From contig CALBDV010000877.1 of assembly GCA_937927565.1 (NCBI GenBank), forward strand, positions 1-52,971: a DNA stretch of 52,971 nt. The letters are read 5' to 3'. The stretch is from an uncultured Holophagales bacterium (GTDB lineage: Bacteria; Acidobacteriota; Thermoanaerobaculia; UBA5066). Numbering within the stretch: the first letter of the stretch is position 1; the number at the start of each line of letters is the position of its first letter. The position numbers and the translations under genes were made by a program. This document shows, in pieces, positions 47,480 to 52,971 of the stretch. Below the pieces are notes generated by a model that saw only the letters and a program-made list of their open reading frames with translations, ran no database searches and was not told the DNA's origin.

Positions 47480-49027
47480 ATGAAGAAGTTCACCGTATTG
47501 GTGGCCCTGGCTCTCCTCGCGGCGACGGGGACCGGCTACGCCGTGACGTGCGCCTATGACAACGTCCCGGGTGCCACTCTCCTCGTGCCGTATTTCAAGG
47601 TGTCCCGCAATGGCGCCACGGTCGACACGCCCACCATCCCGGCCGGCGGCGTCGACACGCTCGTTGCCATCACGAACGTCTCCGAGTGGGGCGTCATCTC
47701 CCACTGGACCATCTGGAACAAGCAGTCCGCCCCGGTCGTCGACTGGAACGTGCCCCTCACGGGCTACGACGTCGCCACCGCGAGCGTTCGCGACATCCTG
47801 AATGGCCAGCTCAACTTCAACACCAACACCCAGGTCCTCATCAACGGGATCGACCCGTGCATCGCGCCCTCCAAGCACGGCAACACCCAGACCCGGTACA
47901 TCCGCTTCACCAACCCCGACAGCTACAACCGGCCGACGGGCGACCGGACGGATGCCGAGTACTCCGTCTACCTCAACCCCGCTTTCGACGGCGAGTTCAA
48001 GAAGAACATCTGGGACTCCCTTGACGAGAGCTACGACGTCACCGAGCTCAACGGCCCCGGCGCCAACGACAACGACAACCCGGCTTGCGGCGTTGCGCGC
48101 AAGACGCCCGACGCCCTGGCGGGCGACTTCACGGGCTACATCACGATCGACGTCGTGAACTTCTGCACCCGTCGGTTCCCCGACGAAGCGCAGTTCTACT
48201 ACAACGACGCCATCGCGACGGTTGGCTGGGACGCGAACGGCGGCCCGAACGTCCTGATGGGCGACTACTTCTTCGTGGATCCGGCGAACCCGGGTGGCAA
48301 CATCTCCGGCGACGCGATGGTCTCCCTCGAGTTCGACGCCCGTCTCAACGACTGGCGCGCCGACGAGGACAAGACCTTCTACGCCCGCTTCAACCGCCAC
48401 ACGACGAGTGAAGGCGCGGGCATCACGGACCTCATCCCCGCCACTGCCTTCTGGGCCAACTATGCGTTCCTCCACGGCGACGGCCGCGAGCCCCTCGGCA
48501 CCGCGTACGGCTTCCGTTACCTCAACGACGCCGCCAACGGCCTGACCACGTGGGCGACGGTGTGGCGTTCCGACCTGTGGGACACGGTCATCGATGCGCA
48601 GGGCCCGACCGTCCGGTCGAACCTCTGCAGCAACACCTACATGTCCCAGCCCGTCAGCATCGCGATCTTCGACAACGACGAGAACCTGGTCCAGGGCGAG
48701 CCGGGCGGCCCGCTCCCGTCGGGCGACGATCCGGGCGCCGAGCCTGGCATCTACATCCCGTGGGAAGCCCAGCGCGTTGCCATCACCGGCAACACCGACA
48801 TCTTCCTCAGCACGACCTTCAAGGGCGGCTGGATCTCGGTCTACTTCCCCTGGGAGTGGTCTTCTCAGTACAACCAGGCGTGGGTCGGCATCCAGCACAC
48901 CGCGCCCGGCGCGTTCGTCAGCGCTGGCCACGGCGCCACGCTTCTCGACAACGAGTTCCTCTGCCCGGGCGACATCTTCGCCGAGTCCGGCAACGTCATC
49001 TCCGGCGTTGTTGTTGACGCCGAGTAA
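47480..49027 (+). CDS. secreted hypothetical protein (515 aa), probably highly expressed
   Basis: Track ORF 47471..49027. I prefer ATG 47480, with AGGAG 8 nt upstream. Signal peptide MKKFTVLVALALLAATGTGYA. Asn/Asp/Thr/Gly-rich with six Cys. TAA stop followed by a very strong terminator. No family motif recognised. Confidence 0.85.
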   Translation: MKKFTVLVALALLAATGTGYAVTCAYDNVPGATLLVPYFKVSRNGATVDTPTIPAGGVDTLVAITNVSEWGVISHWTIWNKQSAPVVDWNVPLTGYDVATASVRDILNGQLNFNTNTQVLINGIDPCIAPSKHGNTQTRYIRFTNPDSYNRPTGDRTDAEYSVYLNPAFDGEFKKNIWDSLDESYDVTELNGPGANDNDNPACGVARKTPDALAGDFTGYITIDVVNFCTRRFPDEAQFYYNDAIATVGWDANGGPNVLMGDYFFVDPANPGGNISGDAMVSLEFDARLNDWRADEDKTFYARFNRHTTSEGAGITDLIPATAFWANYAFLHGDGREPLGTAYGFRYLNDAANGLTTWATVWRSDLWDTVIDAQGPTVRSNLCSNTYMSQPVSIAIFDNDENLVQGEPGGPLPSGDDPGAEPGIYIPWEAQRVAITGNTDIFLSTTFKGGWISVYFPWEWSSQYNQAWVGIQHTAPGAFVSAGHGATLLDNEFLCPGDIFAESGNVISGVVVDAE

Positions 49028-49054
49028 GCTCTCGTAGATTCCGGATTTCCGGGG

Positions 49055-49092
49055 GCGGGCGGCTTCGGCCGCCCGCTCTTTTTCTTTTTTTG
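49055..49092 (+). terminator. strong Rho-independent terminator
   Basis: GCGGGCGGC-TTCG-GCCGCCCGC is a perfect 9-bp GC stem with a TTCG tetraloop. It is followed by TCTTTTTCTTTTTTTG. Confidence 0.9.
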
Positions 49093-49322
49093 TCCGGCAG
49101 GATTCGTCGCCTGCGCGGAGACGAGCCAGATCGAATCGAACGCGTGCATCCGGGATCGGATGAGCTCATCGGGCGGAGAAGACCAGGCAGGGGTTCGTGC
49201 TTGCTTCCGAAGCTCCGGCCTTCTAAGATCTTCCAGGTTTTTCATCGCCCTCGGGCCACTGACCGGGTCGAAGGGCATTACTTTTCTCATCTTCTTTTGG
49301 GGTGTCTTTCATAGGGGGTTCC

Positions 49323-52300
49323 ATGATTCGAGTCATTCCCTTCGGGCGTTCGTGGGTCGCCGGCCTGCTGGCTTTCGGGCTTGGTCTGGTGTCGATCCTG
49401 CCCTCCGCCCCTGCCCAGGCCCAGTGCGACCTCACGCAGGCGCCATACCAGTTCGCCCCGCCGCAGGTCTTTCCTCGAATGGGTCTGCGGGCAACCGTCT
49501 TCAGCCTGAATCTGGCGCAGGATCGTTCGACCCCGATGTTGTCGATCAAGTACAACTACGGGTTCATGACCTGGAACCTGGTGAACGGCAGCCCGGCTCC
49601 CGGAGAGTGGACACTGAAGGACCTCCGGGACGCCCCGGAGAAGTACCCCGTGAGCGGAGACTCCGGAGGGCGCTCGGGCGAGACCGTCCTTTCGACGGAC
49701 GGTGCGCGCGCTGTGACCGGCTGGAACGACCCCGGCTTCGGAGTCGTGGCGATGACCCTGAAGCCGACCGGCTACAGCGGAGGAGGGGATTACCCTCCCG
49801 GCGGGTCGGCGAATGCGGTCGTGAAGCTCGACGGTCCCCGCTACCTGGCGTTCTCCGGGAACAGCGTCGGCTCCATCTACGTCGCGGACGTCACGAACAT
49901 CCCGACGTCCGTGCCCGCGCGACCGGCCAATTCGATCCCGTCCGAGCTCGCGCACAGGATGGCGGGAACCTGGGCGACCCTTCGCGTGACCCCCATCGAG
50001 GGCGGAAGCCAGACGTTCGTGGGAGTGTCGACGGTCCGGGGCGTTGCGATTGGAAAGCTGTTGTCGCCGGGCGCTGCCGTTCCCAACCTCTCGAGCAACT
50101 TCGTCTGGTACGAGTTCCCCGCAGCGGCCCTCGGCCTTCCGGCCGACAAGAAGATCCGCTGGGCGGATTTCGCAGTTCACCCCGTCGACGGCGGAATCTA
50201 CATTCTCGCCGAAGCCTACACGGGCGGGACCCAGGGCGACTACGCGGTGGCGGTGTCCCTCTCCCGCATGACTCCCGAGACAGGCGCCCTGGATGTGCAG
50301 GGGGTCTATACCCCGGCAACCTCCACGATCGGCTGGCCCCAGGGGGCCCTGGTTCCCTCCGACACCGGTCTCCTGGCGTTCTTCCTCCACAACCCGCCGG
50401 GCAGCACCGTATCCAAGCTCCACGTCAGGCCGTCGGGGTCGGGTTTCGTCACCGACAATCTTGCCCAGAACGTCTCGTGGTCCGTGCCGAAGATCGACGA
50501 TTTCAGGGTGCAGAAGTACGGCGTCGGGAAGTACACCCTCTACCTGGCGAATACGGACTACATCGAGGCCGCGCAGGTCACGTGCGCCCAGGGCCCGACA
50601 CCGGCCGTCGCGGCACTCAAGGTCCGCACGGTCTCCCGGACCGGCGTTACGGTCGAGGTGCCGGACAACGGCACCGCCTTCGTGGGCGACAAGCTCCGCG
50701 TCGAGCCGACCTTCAGCCCGTCGACGCAGGTCCTCCTCGACTGGGGGCTCGACTACGACTACCACGGCCTCGGCAGTCTCGACTACACGGCCGCTGTCCC
50801 GAATCTGGCACAGCCGGACGTGTCGGGTACGGGTCCGTCCGTTCCGCTCTCCCAGTACACGGTGTACGGGCCTTGCGACAATCGGGCCGGTGGGACTCCT
50901 TCGGACGCCACCGCCTGCTGGACGTCGGTGACGACAAACAGCACCCAGACGACAGGCGCCCCGCCCGCTGCGGACTTTCCGCCGAACCCCGCCGCGGGAT
51001 TCACCAAGCAGCTGAAGACCGCCTTCGAGGTCCGGAACGCGCTGAACCCGGCCGGGACATCCTCCATCGTGGAGCACCGGATCAACTGGAAGGTGCCGGC
51101 CGCCCGCCTGAAGTCCACGGCAATCCTCTCGGGCGGACTCGTCACGGACGACTCCGAGGGGAGCCCGATCCCCACCGGATACAAGTGGTACTTCGCTTCG
51201 ACGCCGGGCGCCAGCACCCTCACCCTCCGGGCCTCATGCACGGGGAACACCTGCAACCCTGGCCTCTCCCAGTCCGGGTCATACCGCTACTGGGTCACGG
51301 CTTCGTACGACGGGGGCTTCGCGACCCCGGCTTGCCCGGGCCTGAGCGGCGACGGCCTGACCTGCAGCGGTGACCCCCTGAAGACGGTCTCCGTCACCGA
51401 CGTCGTCCTCGGCTTCACGGTTCCCGGAACCGTCTACGTCGGCACTGGAACCTTCGGCGTTCCGAGCTCCTCCCTGAAGGGCGCCGTCGAAGGATGCGAC
51501 GGCGTGAGCGGCTTCTCCTACGACCTCTGCTCCGGGAGCGGTGTCGCGTGCACCGAAGGCGACTACTCGGGATCGGGACTCGCCCTCTCTGGAGACCCGT
51601 TTGCCGGAGGCTCGCTGTTGATTCCCAAGCCGGCGGAAGGCACCTGGGGAATCCGGATCCGGTACCAGTACGCCCCGGCGGGCGGCTGCGCCAACAGGTC
51701 CACGGCGAAGTGGCCGGCGGACGGTTCCGCGGCCCCGGTCGTCGTGAGCAGGACGCTCCCGACGATCCACCTCACCAACTCGAGCGGCGTCGCCCTTTGT
51801 TCGTATCACCCGATCTACGGGGAGACCTGCACGATCGAGACGGGCGTCACGGGCAAGGCCTACGCCTACGTCGACGGTGTGCAGGACCCCGCGCCGCCCG
51901 CGATCAGCTGGACCTTCGGAAGCGGGGCGACGGGGGCGGGCCAGGGCGCCACGTTCTCCTACTCCACCGCCGGAACCTACACGGTGACCCTGAACGGCTA
52001 CGGTACCCCAGTTGCGAGGCAGATCACGGCGTCAGCGCCCCCCCCGCCCGTGACCGATCCTCTCGGCGTCTCGAGCTTCAACGTCTCGAACCAGTCGCCG
52101 ACGACCGGGACGACGGTCACGTTCTCGTGCGGCGCGACCGGGGGCACGCCGCCGTACCAGTACCGCTTCGACTACGGCGACGGACAGAGCCGGAGTTTCC
52201 TCTCGTCGTCGACGGCGTACCACTCGTATTCGAACGCGGGCACGTACTACGCCTTCTGCCAGGTCAGCGACGCGGCGGGCAACTCGGGCCAGAGCAGCGC

Positions 52301-52971
52301 GCGGATCATGACCGTCATCGGGGGCGGCGGCGGCGGGCCGGCGACCTGCAGCCTGAGCGTGAAGGACGCCGTGCAGGGGCTCGACCTTCAGCTGGGCATG
52401 GGCAACAAGTACTACGTGAACAGCGGCCAGCTCATCCGGCTGGAAGCCACGGACGTGACCACGACGGTCAACTGGGCCTACGGCGACGGGAGAACCGATT
52501 CGGGTACGCCGAAGACCTTCTCCTACTCGAACACCTCCGGTGCTGCCGTCGACTACACCCTCACGATGACGTCCGGGTCCTCCTGCACCGTGAGTCGGGC
52601 CTTCAGCGTTTCTCCGGCCACCGGTCCCGACTTCGGTGTCTACGGCGTCGTGGGGGAGACGGAAACGCCGGTCGCGTGGGACACGCAGAACAACGCGTTC
52701 TCGGTCTCGAGCGGCCAGCGGCTCAGGTTCAAGGCCACGGGTACGACGGGGGTCGTCGCCTGGAGCTTCGGGGATGGCACCCTCTCTGCCGAGACGAATC
52801 CCATCAAGTATTACTCGGAGCCGGTGGACAAGCTGCACAGCGTGACGCTGTCGGCGGACGGAAAGACGAAGACGAGGAACGTCTTCGTGAAGGGCTCCAC
52901 CGGTGCCCCGCTGACCGGGGCCTACAGCTTCGTCTACGCCGACGGGAAGACCGTGAACCCGTCGGACGTCG
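49323..52971 (+). CDS. very large secreted protein: unknown N-terminal region (possible beta-propeller), Ig-like modules and PKD-type repeats; 3' end beyond the right window edge
   Basis: Not in the ORF track because it has no in-window stop. My translation from ATG 49323 is open for 1216 codons. Signal peptide MIRVIPFGRSWVAGLLAFGLGLVSILPSAPAQA. PKD-like repeats: ISWTFGSGATG..GTYTVTLNG, YRFDYGDGQS..GTYYAFCQVSDAAGN, VNWAYGDGRTD, VAWSFGDGTL..HSVTLSADG. Track ORFs 49160..51373 (+) and 49287..51077 (-) are Arg-rich shadows of it. Confidence 0.85.
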   Translation, partial: MIRVIPFGRSWVAGLLAFGLGLVSILPSAPAQAQCDLTQAPYQFAPPQVFPRMGLRATVFSLNLAQDRSTPMLSIKYNYGFMTWNLVNGSPAPGEWTLKDLRDAPEKYPVSGDSGGRSGETVLSTDGARAVTGWNDPGFGVVAMTLKPTGYSGGGDYPPGGSANAVVKLDGPRYLAFSGNSVGSIYVADVTNIPTSVPARPANSIPSELAHRMAGTWATLRVTPIEGGSQTFVGVSTVRGVAIGKLLSPGAAVPNLSSNFVWYEFPAAALGLPADKKIRWADFAVHPVDGGIYILAEAYTGGTQGDYAVAVSLSRMTPETGALDVQGVYTPATSTIGWPQGALVPSDTGLLAFFLHNPPGSTVSKLHVRPSGSGFVTDNLAQNVSWSVPKIDDFRVQKYGVGKYTLYLANTDYIEAAQVTCAQGPTPAVAALKVRTVSRTGVTVEVPDNGTAFVGDKLRVEPTFSPSTQVLLDWGLDYDYHGLGSLDYTAAVPNLAQPDVSGTGPSVPLSQYTVYGPCDNRAGGTPSDATACWTSVTTNSTQTTGAPPAADFPPNPAAGFTKQLKTAFEVRNALNPAGTSSIVEHRINWKVPAARLKSTAILSGGLVTDDSEGSPIPTGYKWYFASTPGASTLTLRASCTGNTCNPGLSQSGSYRYWVTASYDGGFATPACPGLSGDGLTCSGDPLKTVSVTDVVLGFTVPGTVYVGTGTFGVPSSSLKGAVEGCDGVSGFSYDLCSGSGVACTEGDYSGSGLALSGDPFAGGSLLIPKPAEGTWGIRIRYQYAPAGGCANRSTAKWPADGSAAPVVVSRTLPTIHLTNSSGVALCSYHPIYGETCTIETGVTGKAYAYVDGVQDPAPPAISWTFGSGATGAGQGATFSYSTAGTYTVTLNGYGTPVARQITASAPPPPVTDPLGVSSFNVSNQSPTTGTTVTFSCGATGGTPPYQYRFDYGDGQSRSFLSSSTAYHSYSNAGTYYAFCQVSDAAGNSGQSSARIMTVIGGGGGGPATCSLSVKDAVQGLDLQLGMGNKYYVNSGQLIRLEATDVTTTVNWAYGDGRTDSGTPKTFSYSNTSGAAVDYTLTMTSGSSCTVSRAFSVSPATGPDFGVYGVVGETETPVAWDTQNNAFSVSSGQRLRFKATGTTGVVAWSFGDGTLSAETNPIKYYSEPVDKLHSVTLSADGKTKTRNVFVKGSTGAPLTGAYSFVYADGKTVNPSDV

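Noticed and set aside
47301-47480. 59-codon upstream ORF in the leader of the secreted orphan, ending in TAATG overlap with its start codon
   Set aside because: Its codon usage is atypical for this genome (many A/T-ending codons such as gta, ttg, tct, ttt, agt). It has no Shine-Dalgarno and no recognisable peptide features. It is most likely non-coding leader, though a regulatory uORF cannot be excluded without ribosome profiling.
49190-49204. Possible sigma-54 element GGGGTT-N5-TTGC upstream of the giant PKD gene
   Set aside because: Only the GG and the TTGC match; the -24 hexamer is 2/6. This is too weak to call, unlike the exact match at 34220-34234.
45438-51373. 605-aa minus ORF (45438..47255), 489-aa minus ORF (47462..48931), 737-aa + ORF (49160..51373) and 596-aa minus ORF (49287..51077)
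   Set aside because: They are shadows of the FG-GAP lipoprotein, the secreted orphan and the giant PKD protein. The alternative frames give signal peptides and coherent repeat domains.

Overview
High-GC (roughly 70%) bacterial chromosomal window. It is gene-dense, with about 45 protein genes. I found no rRNA, tRNA, CRISPR array, transposase or integrase. The host looks Gram-negative (outer-membrane beta-barrels, lipoboxes); I cannot name the organism. All family assignments were made by eye from motifs in the supplied or self-made translations; no searches were run.

Layout:
- 1-41.9 kb is mostly recognisable core functions:
  - SNF2 helicase (cut by the left edge), ferritin, and a COG4586-like ABC system coupled to rsmI.
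  - SurA-like chaperone, Slt transglycosylase, murA, prmC and a secreted M20 peptidase.
  - A 7-gene heme-A/copper cytochrome-oxidase assembly operon.
  - An NSAR/OSBS - M20 - GNAT operon, then PPK2, prfA, rpmE and an FHA-GAF-PP2C phosphatase.
  - A long minus-strand array: comF, proline dehydrogenase, an OMP, a PDZ-containing sensor kinase, a sigma-54 activator and an M14 peptidase.
  - Lrp, glgC and a DnaJ-like protein.
- 41.9-53.0 kb differs: it is dominated by exported or regulatory proteins with no recognisable enzymatic function.
  - An XRE - TPR - secreted-protein operon.
  - An orphan Wzm-type permease plus an FG-GAP lipoprotein.
  - A monocistronic secreted 515-aa orphan with high-expression hallmarks.
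  - A >1216-aa secreted PKD-repeat protein that runs off the right edge.

Signals found beyond the ORF track:
- Two real genes are missing from the track because they cross the window edges.
- An exact sigma-54 promoter (TGGCAC-N5-TTGC) lies in front of the kinase/activator/peptidase operon.
- A second near-consensus sigma-54 element lies in an unusually long convergent spacer.
- A GCGTAT motif cluster lies in the long leader of the secreted orphan.
- There are several clean hairpin terminators.
- 4-nt start/stop overlaps (ATGA/GTGA) are pervasive.

Most very long ORFs in the track are antisense or out-of-frame shadows, as expected in high-GC DNA. I see no single unambiguous novel system. The best candidates are the 47.2-49.1 kb secreted orphan locus, the XRE-TPR-secreted operon, and the PDZ-kinase / sigma-54 / carboxypeptidase circuit.
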